Shown here one piece after another: positions 48,209 through 57,490 of a stretch of DNA of 64,000 nucleotides; the first letter of the stretch is position 1, and every line of letters begins with the position of its first letter. The notes under the pieces were generated by a model. The model worked only from the letters and a program-made list of their open reading frames with translations, did not search any database and was not told the DNA's origin. The position numbers and the translations under genes were made by a program. The DNA comes from an uncultured Endomicrobiia bacterium. GTDB taxonomy: Bacteria > Elusimicrobiota > Endomicrobiia > DTEH01. Location of the stretch: contig CALFVX010000001.1 in NCBI GenBank assembly GCA_937928765.1, positions 16,246 through 80,245 on the forward strand, read 5' to 3'.

Positions 48209-49458
48209 AAACCGTTACACCAAGATTAAAATATAAAGATAATATTTTATATTTTGAAGATGTAGAGTTAACTAAAATTGTAAAAAAAATTTCGACACCA
48301 GTTTATGTTTATTCAAAAAATCAAATTATAGAAAACTTTTTAAATTATAAAAGTGCACTATATAAAAGGAAAAATTTAATATGTTTTGCAATGAAGGCCA
48401 ATTCTAATTATGAAGTTCTAAAGATAATAAAAACTCTTGGTGGTGGTTGTGATGTTACAAGTGGTGGAGAGTTGTTTCGTGCATTGAATGCTAAAATCAA
48501 TCCTAAAAAGATTGTTTATGCAGGTGTAGGGAAAACAGAACAAGAAATAAATTATGCTTTTAAAAATGAAATTTTGATGTTTAATATAGAGTCAAAAGAT
48601 GAAGTAGAATTTTTAAACAATATAGCAAAAAATAAAAATAAAAAAATTAACATAGCAATAAGAATAAACCCTGAAGTTAACACACATACAATATCTCATA
48701 TTTCTACTGGAGAAGAGGGGACAAAATTTGGTATTCCACTATATGAAGTTAAGGATTTTGTAAGATTTGTTTTAAATGAATGTAAAAATTTAAATCTGAT
48801 AGGTTTACATTATCATATTGGTTCGCAGATTTGTACGGTTACACCTTTTGTAGAAGCAACAAAAAAAGTTTGTAATTTAATAAATGAGTTAATATCTATA
48901 GGAATAAAACTTAAATATTTAGACATAGGTGGCGGTTTGGGTATAAGATACAAAGATGAAGAACCTCCCACACCACATAAATTGATAAATGAGTTGTTAA
49001 AATACATTCCTCAATATTTAACAATAATTTGTGAACCAGGAAGATACATTGTTGGTAATGCAGGTATTTTAATTACAAAAGTTTTGTATCATAAAAAAGT
49101 TAAGAATAAAAATTTTTTAATTGTAGACACAAGTATGACGGATTTGATTCGTCCAGCTTTTTACGGTGCATATCATAATATAATACCTTTAAAATTAAAT
49201 TCAAATAATTTTAAAAAATTTGACATAGTTGGACCTGTATGTGAAACATCAGATTTTTTAGGAAAAAATATGCTTATTTCTGATGTAGTAAATGGTGAAT
49301 ATTTAGTTATAGAGACAACAGGTGCATATGGGTTTGTGATGAGTTCAAATTATAATTCTAGATTACGTATTTCAGAAGTTATGGTTGATAAAGATAAATT
49401 TTATTTAATTCGTAAAAGAGAAAGTTATAAAAATTTAATAAGTGGAGAAATTTTTTAA
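48205..49458 (+). CDS. lysA: Diaminopimelate decarboxylase
   Basis: The PLP-binding region (CFAMKANSN), CEPGRYIVGNAG and CETSDFL motifs are present. Confidence 0.85.
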   Translation: MKTVTPRLKYKDNILYFEDVELTKIVKKISTPVYVYSKNQIIENFLNYKSALYKRKNLICFAMKANSNYEVLKIIKTLGGGCDVTSGGELFRALNAKINPKKIVYAGVGKTEQEINYAFKNEILMFNIESKDEVEFLNNIAKNKNKKINIAIRINPEVNTHTISHISTGEEGTKFGIPLYEVKDFVRFVLNECKNLNLIGLHYHIGSQICTVTPFVEATKKVCNLINELISIGIKLKYLDIGGGLGIRYKDEEPPTPHKLINELLKYIPQYLTIICEPGRYIVGNAGILITKVLYHKKVKNKNFLIVDTSMTDLIRPAFYGAYHNIIPLKLNSNNFKKFDIVGPVCETSDFLGKNMLISDVVNGEYLVIETTGAYGFVMSSNYNSRLRISEVMVDKDKFYLIRKRESYKNLISGEIF

Positions 49459-50298
49459 GTGAAAAAAATAAAATTTGCAAAATTTGTAGCAGCAGGTAAT
49501 GATTTCGTTATTATTAACAATTTTGATTTAAAAATAAAACCTAAGGAGTATCCATATTTAGCAAAAAAGTTATGTCAACAAAAATTTGCAGTTGGAGCAG
49601 ATGGTTTTTTAGTAGTTGAACCGTCTAGCAGAAAAAATTGTGATTTTAAGATGGTTTATTATAACTCTGACGGTTCTTTTGCTACGATGTGTGGTAATGG
49701 AGCAAGAAGTATTGCTTATTATGCGTATGAACTAGAATTGTGTGAAGACATAACAAATTTTGAGACAGCAGCTGGTATTGTTAGTTGTGAGATAAAATCA
49801 AAAGGTAATGTTAAAATAAAACTTCCAGACCCAAGAGATTTAAGACAAAATATTATATTAAATTTAAAAAATGCTGAAAAATTAAAAGTGGATTATATTA
49901 ACACAGGTGTGCCACATACAGTTGTTTTTGTAGAAGATATAGATAATGTTGATGTTTATAATTTAGGCAAAGAAATTAGATTTAATAAAATTTTTTTACC
50001 TGAAGGGACAAATGTTGATTTTGTAAAAGTAAAAGACGAGCATAACATTTATGTGAGAACATATGAACGGGGAATAGAGAATGAGACATTATCTTGCGGA
50101 ACAGGTGTTATTGCTTCAGCAATAATTTCTTCCTTAAATGGTTATACTAAACCTCTAGTTAAATGTTGTACAAAAAGTGGAGAAATTTTAACTGTTGGGT
50201 TTAAAAAAAATTCTGAAGAAGATTTCATCTCTGTAGTTTCTGATTTATATTTAGAAGGTAAAGTTTATCACACTTTCGATGGTGAGTTTTATTTATAA
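49459..50298 (+). CDS. dapF: Diaminopimelate epimerase (GTG start)
   Basis: FAKFVAAGNDFVI, MCGNGARS and SCGTGV catalytic Cys motifs. Confidence 0.85.
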   Translation: MKKIKFAKFVAAGNDFVIINNFDLKIKPKEYPYLAKKLCQQKFAVGADGFLVVEPSSRKNCDFKMVYYNSDGSFATMCGNGARSIAYYAYELELCEDITNFETAAGIVSCEIKSKGNVKIKLPDPRDLRQNIILNLKNAEKLKVDYINTGVPHTVVFVEDIDNVDVYNLGKEIRFNKIFLPEGTNVDFVKVKDEHNIYVRTYERGIENETLSCGTGVIASAIISSLNGYTKPLVKCCTKSGEILTVGFKKNSEEDFISVVSDLYLEGKVYHTFDGEFYL

Positions 50299-50728
50299 AT
50301 TTTCTTACCACTTGACAAATAAACAATAAGTAAACTAATTAAATAAAATCTCGGACTAAAGATAGAGCTTAAGTTAATAATTTTGTATAGAAAAATCAAT
50401 AATAAAATCCAAGATACTTACACACTTACTTTTTTATCCAGCAACTATAAAAGTTATCAATTTTTAAGAAAACTTCGTAGGACAAAAAGGTATTGTCCAA
50501 AATTGAAAAATTGGTAACAAATTTAGTACAAGATGTTCTCTAGTAAAAAAGAAATTATTGTAGATTCAAAGAAAATAAAAGGAAACATAATTCCAATTTT
50601 TTACGATAGAAAAGTTCATAAAGTTAAAATTTTTATTAATTTTTAAAATAACTATTCTGTAATGCTTTATCTATTTTTTATTTCAAATAACTTTTTATAT
50701 TTTAATTAAATAACTTTGGAAATATGCT

Positions 50729-51241
50729 TTGATATATCTATATATGGTCATAGATGTCAAAGAATTTTTTAATAACTTAAAGCACAAAAAAATTGTTTTT
50801 GTAGGTTTAGGTAATATTTGCCGTGGTGATGATGCAGTAGGATATTATATTGTAGAAGAATTGCAAAAAAGGTTTTATTGTGATAATATTTACTTTGTTA
50901 ATTCTGGTATAATTGTTGAAAATTATATCAATAAAATTGTAAAATTAAACACAGAAGTGATAATTTTTGTTGATGCTATAAGAGATAAAGGTTTTGTTAA
51001 TGATTTTTGTATTTTAACCAAAGACGAAATAAAAAATTTTACTTTTTCTACTCATAATATTTCTTTATCTACAATAATAGAATATCTACAAACACAACAA
51101 TATGTTGACTATAAAACAAATCCTGAATTTTATGTTTTAGGTGTAAAAATTAACTCAACATATTTTGTTGAAAAATTGTCAGAGAAAACAAAAAATACAG
51201 CAGATAAAATTGTAGAAATTATTTATAGTTCTTTTAAATAG
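50729..51241 (+). CDS. Hydrogenase maturation protease (HyaD/HybD/HycI family)
   Basis: VFVGLGNICRGDDAVGYYIVEEL and VIIFVDAI are signatures of the family. Confidence 0.65.
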   Translation: MIYLYMVIDVKEFFNNLKHKKIVFVGLGNICRGDDAVGYYIVEELQKRFYCDNIYFVNSGIIVENYINKIVKLNTEVIIFVDAIRDKGFVNDFCILTKDEIKNFTFSTHNISLSTIIEYLQTQQYVDYKTNPEFYVLGVKINSTYFVEKLSEKTKNTADKIVEIIYSSFK

Positions 51242-51280
51242 AATATATGACTCATATAGAAAGGAGAATTTTTTAGTAAA

Positions 51281-51616
51281 ATGCACGAACATACATTAGC
51301 AAAAAATTTGGGTTATTTGATATTTAAAGAAATAAAAGAAAACAAACCTAAGAAGGTAAAAAAGATTGTTTTTATAATAGGTGAGGCATCTGCTGTAGAT
51401 AAAGAATTCTTAGAACATTCTTTTAAAGAACATATTTTTAAAAATACAATTTGTCAACAAGCAGAATTAGTTTTTAAAATAGAAAAACCTAAGATAAAAT
51501 GTAAAAAATGTAATAAAGAATACGAAAAAGCAATACTAAAGTGTGATTGTGGCAGTATAAGTTTTGATATTATGTCTGGTAAAGATGTTTATATTGAGAC
51601 AATTGAAATGGAATAA
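51281..51616 (+). CDS. hypA: Hydrogenase nickel-incorporation protein HypA
   Basis: N-terminal MHEHTLA Ni-binding motif and a C-terminal Zn site CKKC...CDCG. Confidence 0.75.
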   Translation: MHEHTLAKNLGYLIFKEIKENKPKKVKKIVFIIGEASAVDKEFLEHSFKEHIFKNTICQQAELVFKIEKPKIKCKKCNKEYEKAILKCDCGSISFDIMSGKDVYIETIEME

Positions 51617-51665
51617 ATATTAAAATTATTATTCGCTTAAATTTTTTTAAACTTCTCTTCTATAG

Positions 51666-54086
51666 ATGAAATCTTACAAAATTGAAATTTATGGTAGGGT
51701 ACAATCTGTAGGATTTAGACCTTTTATATACAATCTGGCAAAAAAATATAATCTTTTTGGATATGTAAAAAATAAAACTTCTTATGTTGAGATAGTTATT
51801 ACTACAGAAGAAAAAATATTAAATAAATTTTTAAAAAATATGAAATCCGCCCTTCCTTATCCAGCAAAGATAGACAAAATTTATTTCTATGAATATGAAC
51901 CAAAAAAATATTTTTCTGAATTTAAAATTTTAGAAAGCGAAGATGAAAAATCAGAATTTATATATATTCCTGCAGAGATAAAAGTCTGTAAAGAATGTTT
52001 AGAAGAGTTGTTTAATCCAGATAACAGAAGATATCTCTATCCGTTTATAAACTGTACTCATTGTGGTCCAAGATTTACCATAATTAAAACTTTGCCTTAT
52101 GATAGAGAAAATACCACAATGGATGTTTTCAAGATGTGTGATGATTGTTATAAAGAATATAAAGATACAAAAAATAGAAGGTTTCATGCACAACCTAACG
52201 CATGCCATATATGTGGTCCTGGATTAAAGTTGCAAGTTATAAACAAGACCTTAAAAATTAATGACAATTATAAAGATATATTTAACAAAATTACAAACTC
52301 GTCATTTGATGTTGAAAAGATTTTGGATTTCGTTGTTAAAGAAATTATAAATGGAAAAATTTTTGCAATAAAATCTTATGGTGGTTATCATTTGGTTTGT
52401 GATGCTACAAATGACGAAGTAGTTTTGAGATTAAGAAAAAACAAATATCGTGAATTTAAACCTTTTGCTATGATGGTTTCTGATTTAGAAACAATAAAAA
52501 AATACTGTTATGTAAGTAAAAAAGAGGAAGAAATTTTAAATTCACCACAAGCGCCGATTGTTTTGCTAGAAAGAAAAGAAAATTTAGAAAAAAATGGTTT
52601 AATGATAAGTCGCTATGTAACATATAAAAGTAAATATTTTGGTTTTATGTTTCCTTATACACCACTTCATTATTTAATATTTTATTGGTTGAAAAAATAC
52701 AAAAAAAACATTCCATTAGTTATGACTAGCGGAAATATTTCAGATGAACCACAGGTGTATACCGACATCGAAGCAGTAGAAAAATTTAAAAATATAGCAG
52801 ACTATATTTTAAGTTATAACAGAGAAATAAAAATTCGCTGTGATGATTCTGTAGTAAGAATTTTTAATGACGATATATATTTTATTAGAAGATCTCGTGG
52901 TTATGCTCCCGAACCAATTTTTGTAGATTATTATTTTAATAGGGAAATTTTTTCTTTTGGTGCTGAATTAAAGAATACTTTTGCATTTGGGACAAAAAAT
53001 TATATAATTTTAAGTCATCATATAGGAGATCTTGATAGTTTAGAATCAATAAATTCATACGAAGAATCAATAAAGTATTATTTAGAAACTTTTAGATTTT
53101 CACCTGAAGTAGTTGTTTATGATTTGCATCCATTTTATATTTCTTCAAAAATCGCAAAGGAATTTGCACAAAAATATTCATTAAAATCTTTAGCTATACA
53201 ACATCATTATGCTCATATGTTAAGCTGTATGTTAGACAACAACATTTTTGAAAAATGCATAGGGATAATTTTTGATGGCACAGGTTATGGTTTAGATGGT
53301 AAGATTTGGGGTTCTGAATTTTTTGTAGCAGATATTTATAATTTTAGTCGTGTAGGGTATTTCGATTATTTAAAACTTGTAGGAGGAGATAAAAGTATAA
53401 AAGAACCCTATAGAGTTGTTTTAGCAAACTTATATGATATTTATAAGGATGATAGTTTCATAAAAAGTTTTATAAAAAAATTTTTTGACTATTATACAAA
53501 TTTTAAACAAAATTTTAGTTTTAAAGATTTTATAAAATTTTTCTATAGTATAAAATTTTTAGTTGACAACAATATGAATATTTCTTATTCTTGTGGTATG
53601 GGAAGAATTTTTGATTTAGTGTCAGTATTGTGTGGGTTGGGGTTTATTAATTATTACGAAGGTCAACTTCCCCAAGAATTAGAATTTTTTGCCACGAAAA
53701 ATTTTTATGAAATTAAAAAAAATGGTTATTTTTATGAATATAATATTTCTTATAAAGACGGTTGTTATGTTGTAGATACTAAAAATTTGATAAAAGAAAT
53801 AGTTAAAGATTTGTTTAATAGCAATTTTTCTATTGAAACTACAAAAGTTTCTTCAAAGTTTCATTACACTATAGCAAAAATTTGTTTAGATATTGCGTTG
53901 AAAATTAGAAACAAATTAAATATAAACAAAGTAGTAATTTCGGGTGGAGCATTTAACAACAATCTTTTGCTTTTAACATTAATAGAGTTATTTAAAAAAA
54001 ATAACTTTGAAGTTTTTATACACAAAAAATTTCCTTGTAATGATGGCGGAATATCTTTGGGTCAACTTATTGCAGGAAATGTTTAA
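51666..54086 (+). CDS. hypF: [NiFe]-hydrogenase maturation carbamoyltransferase HypF
   Basis: The domains appear in the expected order: acylphosphatase (YGRVQSVGFRPFIY), two CxxC Zn-finger pairs (CKECLEE...CTHCGPR; CDDCYKE...CHICGP), a YrdC-like region and a Kae1-like region. Confidence 0.85.
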   Translation: MKSYKIEIYGRVQSVGFRPFIYNLAKKYNLFGYVKNKTSYVEIVITTEEKILNKFLKNMKSALPYPAKIDKIYFYEYEPKKYFSEFKILESEDEKSEFIYIPAEIKVCKECLEELFNPDNRRYLYPFINCTHCGPRFTIIKTLPYDRENTTMDVFKMCDDCYKEYKDTKNRRFHAQPNACHICGPGLKLQVINKTLKINDNYKDIFNKITNSSFDVEKILDFVVKEIINGKIFAIKSYGGYHLVCDATNDEVVLRLRKNKYREFKPFAMMVSDLETIKKYCYVSKKEEEILNSPQAPIVLLERKENLEKNGLMISRYVTYKSKYFGFMFPYTPLHYLIFYWLKKYKKNIPLVMTSGNISDEPQVYTDIEAVEKFKNIADYILSYNREIKIRCDDSVVRIFNDDIYFIRRSRGYAPEPIFVDYYFNREIFSFGAELKNTFAFGTKNYIILSHHIGDLDSLESINSYEESIKYYLETFRFSPEVVVYDLHPFYISSKIAKEFAQKYSLKSLAIQHHYAHMLSCMLDNNIFEKCIGIIFDGTGYGLDGKIWGSEFFVADIYNFSRVGYFDYLKLVGGDKSIKEPYRVVLANLYDIYKDDSFIKSFIKKFFDYYTNFKQNFSFKDFIKFFYSIKFLVDNNMNISYSCGMGRIFDLVSVLCGLGFINYYEGQLPQELEFFATKNFYEIKKNGYFYEYNISYKDGCYVVDTKNLIKEIVKDLFNSNFSIETTKVSSKFHYTIAKICLDIALKIRNKLNINKVVISGGAFNNNLLLLTLIELFKKNNFEVFIHKKFPCNDGGISLGQLIAGNV

Positions 54087-54091
54087 ATTCT

Positions 54092-55264
54092 ATGGTAGAG
54101 ATAAAAGAGTTTAAACCTATTTTATATAACAAAGAAAAACTTGAAAAATTAAATATAGAATTCAAAGACATAATTTGTCCTCCGTATGATGTTATTTCAG
54201 AACAACAATATAAATCTTTGATACGAAAAAAATATAATTTTGTAAACCTTGAATTGCCAAAAGGTAAAGAAAACAAAAAATATCAGAATGCAAAAAAGTT
54301 TCTAAGTAATCTAAAACGATACAAAATCTTAATAAAACAATCAGCACCATCAATATATATTTATCAACATAAATTTTCTTATCCTGAAGGATCTAACAAA
54401 TACTATACTAGAACAGGAATTTTTTGTTTAATAAAATCTGACCCAGAATACAAGACAATTCTTCCTCACGAACAAACAAAGCCAAAACCACTTCAAGATA
54501 GGCTGAATTTAATTTCTACTTTAAACTTGCAAACATCAGCACCATTTTTTCTCGTAGAAGACAAAGATAAAAAGTTTTACAACAAACTTTTAGAACTTGC
54601 AAACAAAAAAAATCTTATCTTAAGTTTCAAAGATGACAAATCTGAAGAACATAAAATCTATCGTGTTATTGTTGGGACAAAAGAGTTTATCTGGATAAAA
54701 AGATTTTTTAAAAAAGAAATACTTTTTATAGCTGATGGTCATCATAGATACAAAGTTACTTCTGAATATTTAAAAAATATTGACAAGAATTATTTGATGG
54801 GATATATATGTTCTTTTTCTGACGACGGGTTGTTGATTTTACCTACACACAGAGCTGTTTTAGGAAAGTATGTTTTAGAAGAAGTAAAAAATTATTTTGA
54901 TATAAGCTTATGGGATGGTAAAACTAAACCTAAGATTTTGTTTTATCACAATGGAGAATTTAAAATTTTAAATTTAAAGACTAATTTAAAAAATTCAGAT
55001 AAAACCTTAAAAAATTTAGAATATGTTGTTCTTAATGAAACTGTATTTAAAAATTTATCTAAAGAACAGATTTTTTATCATCAAGAGATGAAAGAAGTTA
55101 TAAATTTTGCAGATAAATATAATGGATTTGCATTTATACTACCTGCTGTGACAAAAGATGAGTTTATAAAAGTTGTAAAAAAAAGTCTTGTATTTCCGCC
55201 AAAGACAACTTATTTTTATCCAAAAGTTATAAGTGGGTTGTTTTGTTATGATTTAGAAGAGTAG
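54092..55264 (+). CDS. DUF1015 family protein
   Basis: N-terminal ...FKDIICPPYDVISEQQYKSL matches the DUF1015 PPYDVI motif. Confidence 0.6.
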   Translation: MVEIKEFKPILYNKEKLEKLNIEFKDIICPPYDVISEQQYKSLIRKKYNFVNLELPKGKENKKYQNAKKFLSNLKRYKILIKQSAPSIYIYQHKFSYPEGSNKYYTRTGIFCLIKSDPEYKTILPHEQTKPKPLQDRLNLISTLNLQTSAPFFLVEDKDKKFYNKLLELANKKNLILSFKDDKSEEHKIYRVIVGTKEFIWIKRFFKKEILFIADGHHRYKVTSEYLKNIDKNYLMGYICSFSDDGLLILPTHRAVLGKYVLEEVKNYFDISLWDGKTKPKILFYHNGEFKILNLKTNLKNSDKTLKNLEYVVLNETVFKNLSKEQIFYHQEMKEVINFADKYNGFAFILPAVTKDEFIKVVKKSLVFPPKTTYFYPKVISGLFCYDLEE

Positions 55265-55315
55265 ACAAAAATTTATTGTAAAATTTTTGTAAAGATTAAA
55301 TTTTGTGAATTTTAG

Positions 55316-55344
55316 TTGACAAATTGCAATTTTGTGCATATATA
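55316..55344 (+). promoter_or_regulatory. Sigma70-like promoter (TTGACA, 17-nt spacer with TG, TATATA)
   Basis: TAGTTGACAAATTGCAATTTTGTGCATATATAAAATAATTGG is a near-copy of the block at 25761-25800. Confidence 0.45.
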
Positions 55345-55430
55345 AAATAATTGGTTAAAAAAATTGTTAAATTTGTAAGTATAAATAAAGGAGATAAAGT
55401 TTTAAGAAATTTTTTTAAAATTTTTAGTAA

Positions 55431-55898
55431 ATGAAAAAATTATTAATTATTTCAGTTTTCACAGGTTTTTTCATAGCATTATTTATAACAGAAAGTAATT
55501 ATTTATCTCACCAAAATTTTGAATTGATAAATTCCAATTTTGTTTCTTTAAATCTTTTTGATACAAGAGATTTTTCTAATACCCAGTATCATCAAAACAA
55601 TCTTTTGAAACAATTGTTTGTAGAAAAAATTTATCTAAATTTTGTATTAGAAGAGCTTGAGAGTTTTAAATCTATAACTGTTTTATTACTTAAAAAATTT
55701 GTTAATTTTTGGTTCATTACTGAAACATTCAAAATTTTGTTAGAAAAAGTAGTTTATTTGTTTACAGAGATAAGAAAACTTTTTATTTTTAACTGCATAG
55801 TTTTGTTTAATTTAGTACTTCCTATTTTTATTTTCCTTTTCTATTTTAAAACACAACATAAAACTTTTAAACTACCTAATATAGTTTTAAGATGTTGA
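55431..55898 (+). CDS. Hypothetical membrane protein
   Basis: 155-aa ORF with N- and C-terminal hydrophobic segments, sitting downstream of the strong promoter. No recognisable family. Confidence 0.3.
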   Translation: MKKLLIISVFTGFFIALFITESNYLSHQNFELINSNFVSLNLFDTRDFSNTQYHQNNLLKQLFVEKIYLNFVLEELESFKSITVLLLKKFVNFWFITETFKILLEKVVYLFTEIRKLFIFNCIVLFNLVLPIFIFLFYFKTQHKTFKLPNIVLRC

Positions 55899-56270
55899 TT
55901 TAAACCTTTATACCCCCTGCTAGGATAATTTTGGCAGGAAAAAATTCATATTCATAACAGGTCCCGTACTACATATATTTTTGCGGGACTAGTTATGGGT
56001 ATAAAGGGAAAAAATCAACATCGAAATAAAAAATAAGACAGAGAAAGTTCAAATAAGTTAAAAAGAAAAAAAGCACTACTATTTAAAATGCCATATATAA
56101 AGTTTTTTTGTAAAGAGTAAAAAAAATAATTGGATTAAAAAATAAGTGAAATGAAAGTTAACCAGCAAAATACAAAATTTAACTATAAGGTAAAAAAGCT
56201 TTTTTATTTTAAATTTTGGTTTAAAAAATTAATATTTTGCTCTATTTCCATTTTCTTAAAGGAATAAAAA

Positions 56271-56438
56271 ATGAATAGCATTACTGAAAAAGAAAAGCAG
56301 GCATTAAAAGAGTTAGTTGAAGCTCTTAAGAAACTTTATGGTAACAATTTAGTTCGTGTGATACTTTATGGTTCAAAAGCGTGGATAGATAAAAGAGAAT
56401 GATTGATAAAGGAGGTATGGATAAAAATGAGTAGATTG
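56271..56438 (+). pseudogene. Truncated 5' duplicate of the MNT-type nucleotidyltransferase antitoxin gene (56874..57203)
   Basis: A ~90-nt stretch (about 56292-56381) is about 98% identical to 56895-56984. It encodes MNSITEKEKQALKELVEALKKLYGNNLVRVILYGSKA and then diverges into an early stop, losing the GSxxxGD...DIDI catalytic motif. Confidence 0.55.
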
Positions 56439-56621
56439 GTTATAAAACCAGAATTTGTGGTTGACAGGAAAGGGAACAAAAAAGCAGTTATTATTAGTTA
56501 CAAAGAATATCAGGAGTTGTTAGAAGATCTTGAAGATTTGAAAGACATTGCAGCAAGAGAGAAAGAGCAATCACGACTTTTTTCTGACTATCACAAGGAA
56601 CGGATATCAAAGAGAAAATGA
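56403..56621 (+). CDS. Type II antitoxin, Phd/YefM (or RelB)-like
   Basis: 72 aa, ...KKAVIISYKEYQELLEDLEDLKDIAAREKE, overlapping the downstream RelE/ParE toxin by 4 bp. Confidence 0.6.
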   Translation: MIKEVWIKMSRLVIKPEFVVDRKGNKKAVIISYKEYQELLEDLEDLKDIAAREKEQSRLFSDYHKERISKRK

Positions 56622-56869
56622 AATATATTACAAAGATAAAACGTTCAGCAGAAAAAGAGTTAGACAAAATTCCTTTAAAAGTTTATAGACAGATTGCAAA
56701 ACATATATTTGCGTTAGGGACTAATCCGCGACCTTCGGGGATAAAAAAACTAAAAGAAGGAATTTATCGGATACGAGTTGGAGATTATCGGATAGTATAT
56801 TCTATAGATGATACAACTAAAATAGTAGAAATTATAAAAGTTAAGCACAGGAAAGAAGTTTATAGATAA
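56618..56869 (+). CDS. Type II toxin, RelE/ParE family
   Basis: 83 aa, ...GIKKLKEGIYRIRVGDYRIVYSIDDTTKIVEIIKVKHRKE, the typical RelE/ParE C-terminus. Confidence 0.7.
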   Translation: MKYITKIKRSAEKELDKIPLKVYRQIAKHIFALGTNPRPSGIKKLKEGIYRIRVGDYRIVYSIDDTTKIVEIIKVKHRKEVYR

Positions 56870-56873
56870 TAAA

Positions 56874-57203
56874 ATGGACCACTTGACAGAGAAAGAAAAG
56901 CAGGCATTAAAAGAGTTAATTGAAGCTCTTAAGAAACTTTATGGTAACAATTTAGTTCGTGTTATACTTTATGGTTCAAAAGCGCGTGGTGATGCTACAA
57001 AAGATTCAGATATTGATATTATGGTCGTGTTGAAAAATTATGAAGATTGGAATGAAGAATTTGATAAAGTATTTGATATTGTCTATCCAATAAATTATGA
57101 GTACAACATGCTTATATCTGTGGTTATAAAAAAAGAGGAAGAATACCTGACTAAAAAAACTCCCTTGCTATTAAATGTTAGAAAGGAAGGAGTAGAGATA
57201 TGA
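56874..57203 (+). CDS. Minimal nucleotidyltransferase (MNT) antitoxin of HEPN/MNT module
   Basis: LYGSKARGDATKDSDIDIMVV matches the Pol-beta NTase GS...D.D motif. Confidence 0.75.
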   Translation: MDHLTEKEKQALKELIEALKKLYGNNLVRVILYGSKARGDATKDSDIDIMVVLKNYEDWNEEFDKVFDIVYPINYEYNMLISVVIKKEEEYLTKKTPLLLNVRKEGVEI

Positions 57204-57490
57204 AAAACGAAATTAGTGCACTTATTAAAAAAGCAGAAGCAATACTTCTTACTAAAGATTTATCTTACTCAACGCACAAAGGTGTAATTGCTGGTTTTAG
57301 TGAACATTTCATCAAAAATGGGACATTTGATAAGAAATTTGGAAGAGAACTTAACAAAGTTTACGAATTAAGAGTGAATGGCGATTATGAAGCACAAGAT
57401 AAAATATCAAAACAGCAAGCTGAGACATATTTGAACTTAGCAAAAGAATTTCTACAAGCAGCAAAGAAATATTTGGAGAAGTTTAAATAA
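57200..57490 (+). CDS. HEPN domain protein (toxin partner of MNT)
   Basis: 96 aa, helical, overlapping the MNT gene by 4 bp. It is the canonical MNT-HEPN arrangement. Confidence 0.6.
   Translation: MKNEISALIKKAEAILLTKDLSYSTHKGVIAGFSEHFIKNGTFDKKFGRELNKVYELRVNGDYEAQDKISKQQAETYLNLAKEFLQAAKKYLEKFK

Larger units (their letters stand above)
56292..56984 (+). repeat. ~90-bp near-perfect direct repeat (about 56292-56381 and 56895-56984) bracketing the phd-relE cassette
   Basis: gaaaagcaggcattaaaagagtta[g/a]ttgaagctcttaagaaactttatggtaacaatttagttcgtgt[g/t]atactttatggttcaaaagcg is present twice, with about 88 of 90 positions identical. Confidence 0.6.

Noticed and set aside
55916-55989. Hairpins downstream of 55898 as rho-independent terminators
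   Set aside because: Neither is followed by a T-tract on the relevant strand. They are kept only as unexplained structure.
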